A DNA stretch of 64,000 bases from Paraphysomonas bandaiensis (lineage: Eukaryota; Protista; Chrysophyceae). The stretch is from contig CBFFRP010000559.1 of NCBI GenBank assembly GCA_965644295.1, forward strand, positions 1 through 64,000, read 5' to 3'. Under the pieces are notes generated by a model. The model did no database searches. It was not told the origin of the DNA and saw only the letters and a program-made list of their open reading frames with translations. Below, piece after piece: positions 13,121 through 29,555 of this stretch (within the stretch, counting starts at the first letter, position 1; the number at the start of each line of letters is the position of its first letter). The translations under genes were made by a program, and so were the position numbers.

Positions 13121-13711
13121 CTCATTTTCATTCTCGGAGAAGAATTGTTTAGATTTTTTATTTAGTCAATTTCCTGATTTCACTGTTGTGTACCGTCAGT
13201 TGCTGAATTTTCGATGTATTCAGTAAACGGGACTGTGCCTGGTGCAACCGTAATGGATATACGAGTATGTTAATGTTAGTTATATGCGGGGAGTGATATT
13301 TGTGGCCATAGGCTGGACTTCTGCTCCTCAACGATATGTTGCTGCATGCAGAGCGTAATATTAATATCATGTAGTACCTCACGTATCATGATAAACCTAG
13401 AAGGTGTTATTAGACTTTGTACTACAACTATCGCAGTGAGCCAGTACATATTACAATTCATAAAAGTTGTGAGTCATATAATTCGAAATAGCAGAGAATA
13501 GCACTGACAATTTAAGATTTCAGCAATTCCTCCAATTGCAAAATGGTAGATATATATATTACTCGTCAAGGCTACAGTTACGGCGGTAATTGGAGGGCAC
13601 TGGTTGTAGGTATGGTCCTCAAGAAGTTTCCCCGTACCTTCTTGTCGACCCTGCCATCTTTGTAGAGTACGTCGTAAATGCGATGCGGCCCATCATCGAA
13701 TCAGGCATATT

Positions 13712-13785
13712 ATGCTACATTAGTTCTGACTCTTAAACGCCTATTGCTAGTAATAAGCACTAAGTAATAAGACATTCACTACTTG
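13712..13785 (+). repeat. Rep1 right-end fragment
   Basis: ATTAGTTCTGACTCTTAAA(C/T)GCCTATTGCTA...GACATTCACTACT matches 61802-61852. Confidence 0.75.
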
Positions 13786-14380
13786 CTTGCTTAAAACAAG
13801 TAAAACTCATCAAATGATATAGTACCAATTTACCAGACAACAATTTTCTGACTTTTTAAAACAAGAAGACAGTGCTTAGAAAAAAGATGGGGCTGCAGGT
13901 ATATTTAGAAGAAGGTGGGAAACTGATCTTTTCAATATTCTATCTACCACATTAATAATTTGTAATTACTGTATGTCTCTTTGAGCTTTAAGCGCACATT
14001 AGATAAGTATATGATTACATTTATGACTATAAATTGACTACTTGAATTATTTATAATTCTATAATTTTTTATAGAGTAAGGGGCCATTTCAACCATTTTG
14101 ACCAAAAGTTTAATAAGTATATACACTTCAAAGGAAAAAATTATCATGCGCATTAGTTTTTTGATGATATGATGTTTTTTGTAATTTGTACCCCTTTAGT
14201 TGTGCTGGATCATTTTAGATATTCTTGTGGCAGAAAGGGGTTATTTATGAAGCTATATTATATAGTACATGGTACAACGAGAAGGATGAAGTGGTGTAGG
14301 TAGTAGACAGTAACTAGGATTAGATCAGAAAGTATATAGGACTATAGAAGTAGGTAGTAGGATGTTAAGGCCCTCGACAA

Positions 14381-14457
14381 AGTTGGACTCGCACCTTTTC
14401 GTGGTGTTCTGGGGAATAAGTACCAGAGATATTTCTCCGGGAAATTAACGTGAGCCG
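14381..14457 (+). repeat. Rep1 left-end fragment
   Basis: GGACTCGCACCTTTTCGTGGTGTTCTGGGG.ATAAGTACC.GAGA.ATTTCTCCGGGAAA matches 61372-61447 and 1321-1360. Confidence 0.8.
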
Positions 14458-15125
14458 CAAACATTACAGATAGATGTCTATCTAGCTTGACTAGTTTTTA
14501 TCTAACTACTGAGCTGATCCTGATTCTTAACACCTATTCCTAATAATATACGACTTTCAATAAGGTGTTAAGTGATTTGTATATGACTATTTCTGGAAGC
14601 TATGGGAAAACCGCTTCTAGAATTAGCTATGGGGAAAACGGTAGAAGAATATAGGATATAGCTGAGTCTTGAGAGTTTAAGAGTAATAAGTTACAAGTGA
14701 TAAGTGATGATAGTTGTGAGAAGGCTTATTAGCTCTATAAATGTCAACTGGTGTATTATTTACATTACAGTCACCAAAACATTCCAATTTTAGCGCTTGT
14801 TGATCTACCTATGGTAACGCTTAACTAGCTAGAAAGGGGTGTTGATTATAACTTTTCTAAATATCACCAGTCTATTACGAGTACTATCTCATTGAAAGCC
14901 TGGTAAGGTGAGGCTATTCGAGTCCATGGGTCAATAGTCAAAAGCGTGTGTTTTACGACTGGGCACATCAGTGTGTAAGCGGAAGTGTCATATGCCTCAC
15001 TGGTTATCCAACGATTGCAAAGCAAAATAAATTTCATCTTTACTAATATCTTTCGGTCCATTAATTCATATACAGTTAACATCCAATATCTGCATTCTTT
15101 ACACGCATTACTCGCATTCTCATAA

Positions 15126-17840
15126 CTACCACTGTCCAGCAGCAATGCATATAAGCTTGTCCTTCATATATCTGAGATTTACTGGGGTGTGTTTGGTGTT
15201 CCATTTCCTAGCGCATTCCCAGGAGCAAAATTTACATTCTTTACCCACTTGGTTTTTAAATCGATCACGAGTTGTGATTTGGTTATCAAGATGTCCACTC
15301 AGCAGAGGATAGCCTGTTGCACAAGTTGTTGTCATGAGGTAAGATTATATGTTTCGCGCAATATAACCACATGTAAAAATACATAATTGCACACACGATG
15401 TTTCAAGTGCTTGGTAATTTTAAGAAAATTCACAAGTAAACTTTTATACATTATACAACAGATTATAACACACAGGAAATAGAATGCAATAAGTTTAATG
15501 CAAGTTATTGTCCATAGTAGCGCACCTGCATCTACCACTTCAGCTACCACTGGACTCAGGTGATCACCATGAGATGGTAAAGCATTTTCAATATCTAAAT
15601 TCTTCAGTGCTGACGGAATTTTTTTCGATTTCCCCTTGTATCGGTTTCCACACTCTGAGCACTTTTTCTTGCCTCTAGGTTTATGTCTCGTACTGCCTTC
15701 ACCGTCACTATTGCGTTGGCCACGATGAGTGTCGCGGCCTTTACGAGCTTTGTTGCCACGAGCATGTCGATGTGATGATATCTGAGAGGCAGGAATACTG
15801 TCCAACGAACTGTCGTCAGCAAATACGTCACCTTCGCTGCTTATCACGCTATCCAGCGATCCCATAGCTTCATCAGCATGACGTCCTGATGCAGGACGAG
15901 TTTGATGAATATCTGGAAGGGTAACAGCTTGCGGCGTGGAAGAATCATTGCTGTCTCGTTTCATAGATCTGAGTCCATTTATTCCAACAGCAGGTGGACT
16001 ATCATCTACATGGAAGAGGTATATTTTAAAAAAAACTTGTCATATGAAATACAATCGAATACCAATCCACAAAAGGCAGAGTATCCAACTCATTATTGTA
16101 CACATATATCACTCTACTATGACATTACCATTATTCTCAAAGTCCATCGTGTAGGCCATATCGTCAGGATCACCAGGATCTTCACCAAAATTCACCTTGC
16201 TTCCTCTACTTTGATTCCTACTGTTGGCCGTGTTTCTCCTACTGTTGTTAGTGCTTGTAGCTGCGCTTGAATAAGGCCTACTGAGCACCCTGGCCTTTTC
16301 AAGTATCGATTCCACGTTGTTACCAAATTTCTTTTTTAATTCGGATTGCAGCACTTCGATTTCCTTTTTGAGACAGTCGATTTCATACCTCATTTCTGAT
16401 TGACTCTTAAACAGGACTTCATTCTCGGAATTCACGTCTTGAAGTGACACTTCACTGTCTTGGTATTTTTTGGTCAAATCAGAGACCTGAATCTTAAGCA
16501 ATTCAATTTCCTTGATTTTGTCAACTACTTCGGTATCATGTCGGGATGATGATTCCTGTAATTGAGTGTAGTTTTTGTGTATACGATCAATCTCGTAGTT
16601 GGCTGCCTTCAGTTTCATTTCATAGACAGAGTTCATATCGATTTGCTTGCTGAGACTGTCTTTGACAATAGCCAACTCAGCTTCCTTTGATGAATACGCT
16701 TCCTACAATCACATCAGTACATCAGTACTACGTTTAATACATGTCCATACACCAAAGATGCCACACTATCAACAGGGTACGGAAAGAGTAATAAAAATAA
16801 TACAAGACTCACCCGTATACCATCCACATCTGACTGCATATCCTCCATCCTATAATTGGCATCATCTAAATCTTGAGAAAGGCGCTCCACTGAAGACCGA
16901 AGTTCAATGACTAACTCAGCATTTCGAATACTCTGGCATGTAGCAAAATTACAATGATGCGCTGGACATAGAGCAACTAGCCATAGTGTATGTTTTATAT
17001 TTGACAGTAATAATAACGACAATAGCTATCCCACAGTACTACACTCTACTTGCTGTGAGTATCATAGTACATATACCCACCTCTTCATCTGGCTCTGTTT
17101 GCACAGCTCGTTCATGCACAACAGGAATCTTATCAAGAATATCTTGTTGAATCTTCTTCTCACGTTCCTATGAACTCATTCAGTCACTAATACATGCATA
17201 ACATGAGCCGCTATGTACCTCATAGTATTCTTTTAACTGCTTCTGCTCCTCTGATGCTTCTAATAACTTCTGTAAGAGCGCCTTATTCAGTGCCTCCTTT
17301 TCATGGATCGTATCTAATAATTCCGTGTTTTTATATCTCTCATCTTGTAGAGACGCATCAGTTTCAGTTATCTTTTCATTGGTTTCATTTTGATATCTCT
17401 CAAACTGTTGATTCAGTTGATTGTATTGGGTTTGTATGGCCTCATAGTCAGACCTCAATGCAGATGATTTATGCTCATATGAAGCACGTTCTTTCGCAGA
17501 TAAACGAATCTGACGTGAAAGACGCTGTTGCAATTCAAGTCGAGAGTTTTCAAGGTCAATAATCTCATCGCGTATGTCTGTATGAGTCTCTAATTCTCCC
17601 ATCTGTATGTGTATGTATGTATATGAGACCACAGCGTCTATATGATACGAGTGAGTTCATATGATCACATACCTCTGCATTCATATCTAAAGAAGTGTGA
17701 TCATATGATTGGTTACTATGATATGATTGGTTCACTTCATTGAAGTAAATATCTTTTTCTTTTCTTCGTTTTTGTCTGCAGTTTTGTTGCATTAAATAAA
17801 GTCTTGAATCTTCCGTAGCGATCAAATCGAAGTCCGTCAT
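15126..17840 (-). CDS. Uncharacterised coiled-coil protein with a C-terminal split FCS/MYM-like zinc finger, multi-exon
   Basis: ORFs 17565-17852, 17180-17632, 16109-16675, 15332-15964 and 15126-15335 appear to join via GT-AG introns; checked in frame at ENN-G|AT-DSPPAVG and DA-G|GC-YPLL. The N-terminal half is E/K/L/Q-rich with heptad character. The C-terminus has CSEC...FCSWEC. Confidence 0.7.
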
Positions 17841-18588
17841 CCTACAGAACAATCCCTATACAGGTACACAGGTATACAGGTACACAGGTAAAGAGGTCTA
17901 TAGGGACACGTATGATCACTACGAAATAACTTAATAATTGAAATACTTTAATTGAGGGGTAGTGAGTATATGGAAGACCCCTTCACACTTAACATACACA
18001 CAGAAACATTGACACAGACAGTTACTTACAACTGAGGTGTTATACGGTACAGATAATACATACGTATGTATATAGATACAGTCATGTCCCACATACAGCA
18101 GAGCAGTACACTCCGTACAGAGATGTAAAACGTAAACAGACAGTATACACATATATGTACTACTGTACTGTACCGTACTGTAGGAGGTACACATGTACAG
18201 CAGTAGGTACAGCTATGCACAGCAGAGTATTGATGATGATACAAAATCATAAAATCCGTGGTTTTCCTATAAATGTGGGTTTTCCATGCCACTTACCACT
18301 GTACCGCCATGATGACTATCTTTTATGGTCCAAAACTTTTCAGTTTTCTGTTTCCATTTGAATATTAAAAGCAATACATAGAGGCAGAATTCATGGACTC
18401 CATTGTAGAGGATCATATTATAGTAACTATGGCTCTGATTACATCAGTGAATCACTCATAATAAACCCCATTGAGTCATACGAGTAGTGAGTTTCTATTT
18501 GAATTAAACTAGCAGTTATCGTTCCTTAATTCACATACTCTCGAAGTCTCAATAACAACCAATCAAAGTGACTGTATATTCCATCAAT

Positions 18589-20929
18589 ATGTCAAATTCC
18601 ACTGAAAAAAACACTGTATCAAGCTCTATGCTCTGGATACTAATCGGCAGTATCTTCATGGCATCAGCCAATAGCATCCTATACAAACAAGCATTGAATG
18701 CCTTCTCATCCCCTACATCAAACTATGGGTTTTTTGTAGGTCAATTCTCTATATTGCTGTATATTGGACAAGCTGCTGTAGTCTCTGTATTTGTCATATG
18801 GAAAAACCCGCATACATTAAGGGAGATATACAACCTCCCGCAGAGTGTGTATCTATATATGGGAGGGCTGGATAGTGGATCCTCGACATTAGGTGCAATA
18901 GCAGGAGCTTATTGTCCAGGAGAAATGCAAACAATACTGAATCAAATGGTTATACCCTTAACGATGATTGGTGCCTTTACGTTTCTTGGATCACAATTTG
19001 AGAGGTATGACTGTATTACAATCTCTACAGCCGGTGTCTGACGGACATGACTTGTAGATATCAGATCTATGGCAGTGTGTTGATCCTCATTGGAGCAGCA
19101 GTTGCATCAAGTGATTATTTGTTTTATCCTAGTCATCATGGGTCGCATATTGATCCTTCTGCTGATGCTGATGCTCCTGATGATAATCAGGTATCTTAAC
19201 TATGCATGTGGATGTGTCTATCTATACATATGGTGCATAACATGCATGTATGTGCAATGCACAGACTCACAGTGGCGGCATTGATCTACCAGTGGCCATA
19301 TCCATCTATCTCATATCAGTGGTCCCCTCTGCACTGTCAAACATATACAAAGAGCGTAAGATGAAGGAGTTAGATATGAATGAAGTGCACACATCAACGA
19401 TCGTATCTTTTTGGCAGCTGTGGATCGGGTTTATATTTCTGCCAATGCTGTCCCTTCCATCTTTAGGTACAACTCGAACCCGTTATGGAAATATGAAGAA
19501 AATGCTGTATTTATTATACAAATGAACACGAACAACATGCTGTGCTCTCTGTTTTGTTACATGATAAAACTGCCGTATGCTGCCCACCTGTACCATTGTA
19601 TTTCTGAAGTTGACATATGTATCCTGTATGGCAGTTGTCGCTTTCAGTAACTTTAGTTTATCAGGTGGGCTATCGTATGAACAGATGACATCTCAGCTCT
19701 CTGATGGATACACTTGTTTTACTGGGGTTAATCCACACGATTCTAACGGCAACTGCTCCAGTGCAGCTTTTTACCTGATGGCGTATATATTAGTCAACTT
19801 CTTCTACAACATTTTGTTATTAGCCATAACGAAAAGAGGGAGCGCAGTGTTACTGGTTATGTCTCAGGTATAGAACTTATGAAGAACGTATTGTACGTAC
19901 ACAATTGCGCCTTATTGTAGTACAAACGGTTCAATCTTAAGCCTTCACTGAGGTGTTGTTTAAATGAAATATGTTAGCAATGTATTTGTTATCTGATTGT
20001 GAAATTCTATGAAATATGGGCTACGTTGACACCTTGGCATGTTCATCATTTATTTAATTATCATTTAGGCATTATCACTTCCTCTTACCAACATAGCATT
20101 TACCCTGACACCCCTTATGGGTGATGATGCGGAGCCGTTATCAATAATGGATCTAGTTGGGCTTGTTCTAGTATGTATTGGCTTTTTGGCCTATAGTGGT
20201 TTTGGGTTTGCTCCAAACTTTATGGTGGCTCAGGTAATACTTGAATGTATATAAATATGTTTTATGGGGGATTATCTGAAGTATATCGTGGTACAGTATG
20301 AATATGCTCTCATAGCTGTTATCGATTTATATAGGGGCCTCCAGGACAAATGGCCTATGCCCATTTCGAAGACCATAACGAAGTCATTGTGTCCACGAAG
20401 GTGGCAACTGATCCACAAGAGCTGGCTGACTTTATTGTGGGATCCATTCTTCAGAGCATGACCATTGCTGATGCAAAAGGTGAGTGCATGATTATATAGT
20501 AATGCATTGCATTGTCGTGTGACATGTACAGACCACACTTACGATTAATATGTAGATGAGGAAAGTGGGACATTGGCATTAGAAGATGATAAAACATCGC
20601 CACTGCGGGCAAGTACGGCAGCTCTAGATGTGCTGAAGCAAGCAACTGTAATTGTTGAACGCCATGTGAATGCAATGAAAAGGGGCCTGGAGACAAAGCA
20701 TATGACTACCCCAGAGATAATGCGGCGATACAATACAGTTACATCATCTCCTCATACAGGCAAGCAGATGAATGAACATATTGTTGCAACACAAGTGAGC
20801 CTCATCGAGGAAAAAATATCCCGATCACGAGATAATACACCAATGGCTCAGAGAAATCATGATGACTCAAGTCCATTATTACCAGGCCGTAGATGGGTGA
20901 AAGATAAAAGCAGCACCTACACATCTTGA
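18589..20929 (+). CDS. CRT-like (chloroquine-resistance-transporter-like, DMT superfamily) transporter, multi-exon
   Basis: About 10 hydrophobic segments. Motifs QTILNQMVIPLTM, SVVPSALSNIYKE, VSFWQ, luminal DGYTCFTG..C, VNFFYNILLLAITKRGSAVL and ALSLPLTNIAF are characteristic of CRT/CLT proteins. Confidence 0.88.
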
Positions 20930-21419
20930 AAAACAACGAAAATTTCTTGGTAATTGTTAAATCTATTTTGGTAGAGTTGAAATACATGTCGATGTAGTCA
21001 CTAACTTCAGAAGGAAAATAAGTGAGTCAAAATATTGACATTAGGGATAGTTTGTTGTGTCAAAGTTGTTTACTTGCGACGCGCTCTACTACGCGACTGT
21101 AGCAAAAATAGAGGTTTATTGAGTTATCACGTCACGATTATAATTAAGATACTACATGATTTATATTGTTGCAGACTATCGTTCGTTCTAATTGAGTCTA
21201 TCTACCTCATTTCATTCCAATATGCAAGTTAATCGTTTTACGTGTCGTAAGTTAACTAGGCTAGTAAAACTCAGCTGATCGAAACAGTTTAGTTATAATT
21301 TTGTTTTTCGAATCTACCACATAGTGCATGATTAACTGTCACGAATTTCACACCTTTCTGCAAAAATAACATGAAAGCGAAGCAAAATTATCCCCAAGAA
21401 ATTAGCGGAAATTTAATCT

Positions 21420-23527
21420 TTACAAATTCTCATCTGCGATTGGTCCCTTCGATGATGTCAGCACTGTCGTCGCTTTCTCTTTGAGAAGGTACTTCTTTAC
21501 GTGTACCAAAATAGATACTGTCAGAATACATACTACAAAAACAAGAACTAGCAAAATTGACATCAATATAGTTAGCCATTCTGTATCATCATCGTCGTCA
21601 TCATCATTGTTGTTATTGTTCCCCTTATTGGAACTAGAATCATCGTCGCTGTTATATGTCACTTTATAGGACACGATCCTCCAATTAAGTGTGTATTCAT
21701 CATAAGTCTGAACTTCTGCCGTAAATCCGTCCAACTCCATGACATCACCGTCACTAATTGTCACGGTATTTCTCAAATACTTCGCAGATGTCGAAATATA
21801 ATAATCCTCCACACCAGATACATCGTAAGCCTTAAACTGGGAAGTCGAGTTAGCGACATTGGCTTGGCTAGAAGTAGCCAGCATATCAAAGTCTTTGCTA
21901 TCACCCAACGATAATTCGGTTTCAGTAATATACACACCAGCACCATTAGAGTTATAATCCGCAAGAATGCTATCAATTTCATTCAGTTTGAAATCTGTTC
22001 CCACCACGCCAATGAAAGTCTGGTCATCATATATGGGGATTGCATAGGTGATTCCAACATCACCACTGTTGGCAAAGACATAAACCTGTGAATATAACCC
22101 ATGCCCAGCGCTCTTAGCACTTTTATACCATGTTCTTTGACGTGGATCGTATTCTTTGGCAACTACCGGCCCAGAGCTCGACTTGCCAGTTTCCGGGTCA
22201 ACGTAGTACAGGTACCGAGTTGTATCTGGACTCACGTCAGCAAGGCGCATGGCTAGATATTTCAGGTCCTCTAAATATCCCGTAAATGTCCCGTCTTCAT
22301 ATCCAATATATGACGACCGCACAGTGGGAAAATTTTTGCTTGTTGCGTACATAAAATCTTGAACACCATTTTCGAGGTCAATGCCGCTGACAGAAGAGTA
22401 GGGCAATATACCAAGGTACATCGCTCGCTCTATGAGCCCCCCTAAATCAATGCACTTGAGGAGAAACTCGTCAAGGTCTCCGCTAACAAGGCCCAAAATA
22501 TCAGATTCAACCTCAAAATCACAGTTTATATCGTCTGAATTGGGCTCAACGACAACGATATACCAGTGAAGGGTATCGTGCTCCTAATTCATTATCGTAA
22601 TGATCTGGTCGTCATGAAGCAAAGTCTGATCCGATCTGAAGTAATTTAACAACAAATATGATGAGCTATCACTGATAATATCATTCAAAGAATCCATTGC
22701 ATTGATTCTTTGCGCCGAAGTGCTTACAACGGGAGATTTATCGGATGTCGCCACAAGATAACCATCACTTTCCATAACATAAGCGACAGCCTCTCCACTT
22801 ACAGAATTCTCAAGCATAGTACTTATAGTACTAAGATGGTAAACCATGGTTGTTACACCACTAATATTCTCAGATGCACTAGAATATTCCGGGATACCTA
22901 GAGAGGGCTGAATTGACAGAGTGTTACCTGTAGTCCCAGTTATGTTTGGCCACGTGATGCCACAGGTATACGTGCCCTCCAGGTCTGCCGAACAAGCATC
23001 TATAGCATCCTTATAATACGGTAATTCACGAGGATCAGAGAGCACGCTAAAAAGCATCGGACCAGAGGAGTCACCATTTAAAGCATTATAAGCATAAGAC
23101 TGCATATAACCCGTACCAGATGTACTGTCCTCGCGCCAATACAATACAGACTTGACGGGATCGTATCCGACATACACACCATTTTCAAATGCAATACCAT
23201 AAGAATCATCCTCTCCAAAATTAAGTAAAAGATCATATAAAGTTCGCTGGTAGGGTGGCGACATGTCATTAATTTGATCTGCAGGGGCGGAGTAGTTCAT
23301 ATAGTTGACTATACTGTCCATCACATTCAGCGCTTCATTCGGAATCTGATTATAAGAGATATCAGTCAAAACAAAGACCACAAATGCATTATGACCACCT
23401 CCATGTATAAGGATAACTCTTGATGGATCCCAACTGCAATGGTGTCTTCGATTTGGATTTGACATTCACTTGCCAATGCAGTCCACATCATTCCTAATAC
23501 AACAATCATTCCATTGTATTGCATCAT
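21420..23527 (-). CDS. Signal peptide + two dCache_1-like sensor domains + single TM; interrupted by one in-frame TAG (possible pseudogene, readthrough or sequence error)
   Basis: Exon 1 MMQYNGMIVVLGMMWTALASEC...LYME splices (GAG|GT, CAG|) to IPNEAL. ORFs 22584-23465 and 21420-22496 are in the same frame, separated by TAG at 22584-22586. Domain 2 has YIGYEDG, YDPRQRTWYK, GITYAIP and GVVGTD. TM segment WLTILMSILLVLVFVVCILTVSILV. Confidence 0.8.
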
Positions 23528-23839
23528 ATTGCACACTTCAATTGTACAATGAGTTTAATTGACTATCTATCTCTTAGATATGTAAGAGATGTTGTTGTTC
23601 TGCATGTCTTGCATTGCAATCATGGCATTGTGTTGCATGCATGCATGATGTGTGCATGTTACCATGACAAAATTGTCCTCAACTGGAAAAAAAAACGAAA
23701 AGGTATCTAATTAACAAATCATCTTCTTTCAAATAATAATGATTGGATGTAGTTTAATGTGAGTCTGGATATATACATATGGATCTAGCCTGTTATACTG
23801 CTGTATACACAGTAGTATGAGAAGGTGTGGACATACATC

Positions 23840-23984
23840 TATGTATGTATGTATGTATGTATGTATGTATGTATGTATGTATGTATGTATGTATGTATGT
23901 ATGTATGTATGTATGTATGTATGTATGTATGTATGTATGTATGTATGTATGTATGTATGTATGTATGTATGTATGTATGTATGT
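23840..23984. repeat. (TATG)n microsatellite, about 36 units
   Basis: Read directly; lies about 310 bp upstream of the dCache gene start. Confidence 0.98.
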
Positions 23985-24729
23985 TTCAGTTGGCCATTCG
24001 GTAGACCAAAAACGCGCTGGATTTTCAAAAAAAATACAGAATTTCGCTCATCCACTGGAATAAATTAGAGAATTTAGACCTTAAACACAATATCCTGGAG
24101 TTTCGACATATAAAGTGTATAAATATCCAGTATATTTGATCAAAAATCCAGCCTATATTACGGTTACAGTGAGATTGCAGACAAAGATGCATAGAAATGC
24201 AGAGGGGACATAGGAATGAGCGTACAGTGAAGGTTACTGTTGTTATGAATTGCTTCTATAGATATGAATGTGTTGTTGAGAGCAGCTATTGCAGATATAT
24301 ATGTCTGTGTTGACTGGAAGTGTGCACCTCATCATCTAACTGTATATCCACATCGTATCGTATCATCTGCTGTGGTTAACTTCTGTGTGATGTCATTACA
24401 ATCCACTAACTATCAACAACTATTACTACTAGTACTGTAACAGTAACTGCAGGCACTCATCTGTTTTCTCTCAGCTGATATACGGATCCCGCTGTGAGAG
24501 TCACCCCACTGCCCCTTCAGTGTTCGCCTTTACAAAGATTATGCGGGATTTCTCATAGCTATGCAAGACGTATGTATGTAATTCACGCAGATTTTAGCCA
24601 GGCCATGTTCACCTTCCCATCCCCTAACAAAGATGCATCGCTCAGTATAGGCCTAGCATTGATTTGGCTGAGACCCCTCCTCGCCCAGAATGCGCGGGGT
24701 TTCTCGTAACATGTATGAAACATGCCAGT

Positions 24730-24925
24730 ATAGTTTAGATTTAGCTGAAGCATCAACATGTCAAAGTGTCTATGTGTCTTTCGCTTGCAGAAATCAGTCA
24801 ACCTCTCACAAACATTGGTAGTGCTCTGGTTAAAGTGTATATGCATATACTGACCCTTATACTGACACAATTATTATGCTAAGAGATGGTAGGTGGGTTT
24901 GTTCCTATGATCAGTAGCTATGTAG
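24730..24925 (-). mobile_element. hAT-like transposon relic (C-terminal dimerisation motif plus shared flank)
   Basis: Minus frame reads STTNVCERL-TDFCKRKTHRHFDMLMLQLNLN, resembling the hAT C-terminal PTSNxCERLFS...FEMLMFLxxN. 24828-24925 is similar to 36231-36362. Confidence 0.5.
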
Positions 24926-25472
24926 CTATACAGCTTAGCTAGGATTCTATTTGTATATCTATAATCTATATAATTTATAATAATTGGAACATTTACCATA
25001 GTAATAAGCTGTGCTCATTGCTCAGCAACCATAAAAGACAGTTTCCGCTCTAACCGAATACTGAAGTTGAATGATTATATTTTCCCGGGGCTAGTGTAAG
25101 GTTGAAGTGTTCAGTTGAACCCAACTCAGAGTCAACATGGAGATAAGCTAATGCAAAACTTGTCACCTGTCCACTATGCACGCATTTTTAAGTAAAACTA
25201 CGTACGTCAATTAATTATTTTGTAAAAGATAGATAGCACAACAGAAGCCGGGCCACTGCCCTTCGACCTCGCAGCGAGCGAACAATGCAGTGTGATGACA
25301 CAAAAACAGGCTACACTATCGCTACTGCTAAAACTCTCCTCGTACGTTTTTTCTACCTATCTAATATCATCTCCTATATTAACTATGTCGGCTCTGTTGT
25401 TTTCACATATACCGTACTCACACAACCCACCAACTCCCATATATGAGAGAGGATGGAAATGTATGAAGATGT

Positions 25473-28609
<3,137 letters not shown>

Positions 28610-28895
28610 TTTACTATAGTTGAATATCGAATTGAGGTGATTATGAGCCCTCGTCTAGGAGATGAACGACTTATGGAGGGATAGACACACACAGACATGT
28701 GTATGTATGTATATACAGACGAACAGACTAACAGACATACGAAGATTGTAGTAGTTATTTTTTGTCATCGTCTGTAGCCCAAACATTCTGATTATAGAGT
28801 ATCTTAAATAGTCATACTTACGATGTCCAGTTAGAGAAACTGAAAATGAATTATGAATACGTATGTGTGGACGCACGTATCTATGTACAAACGTA

Positions 28896-29357
28896 TGCAT
28901 GTATGTAGGTATGTATGTATGTATGTATGTATGTAGGTATGTATGTATGTATGTAGGTATGTATGTATGTATGTATGTATGTACGTATGTATGTATGTAT
29001 GTATGTATGTATGTATGTATGTATGTATGTATGTATGTATGTATGTATGTATGTATGTATGTATGTATGTATGTATGTATGTATGTATGTATGTATGTAT
29101 GTATGTATGTATGTATGTATGTATGTATGTATGTATGTATGTATGTATGTATGTATGTATGTATGTATGTATGTATGTATGTATGTATGTATGTATGTAT
29201 GTATGTATGTATGTATGTATGTATGTATGTATGTATGTATGTATGTATGTATGTATGTATGTATGTATGTATGTATGTATGTATGTATGTATGTATGTAT
29301 GTATGTATGTATGTATGTATGTATGTATGTATGTATGTATGTATGTATGTATGTATG

Positions 29358-29389
<32 letters not shown>

Positions 29390-29555
29390 TGTATGTATGT
29401 ATGTATGTATGTATGTATGTATGTATGTATGTATGTATGTATGTATGTATGTATGTATGTATGTATGTATGTATGTATGTATGTATGTATGTATGTATGT
29501 ATGTATGTATGTATGTATGTATGTATGTATGTATGTATGTATGTATATATGTATG
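28896..29555. repeat. (TATG)n microsatellite, about 650 bp, between the divergent CDPK and RAD51 genes
   Basis: Read directly. Degenerate edges (TAGG and TACG variants) and one internal interruption near 29360. Confidence 0.98.

Noticed and set aside
22584-22586. TAG reassigned to an amino acid (alternative genetic code)
   Set aside because: TAG terminates conserved genes at their expected ends in this window (CCT2, RAD51, ABCG, CDPK), and no other in-frame TAG was needed in the exons I translated.
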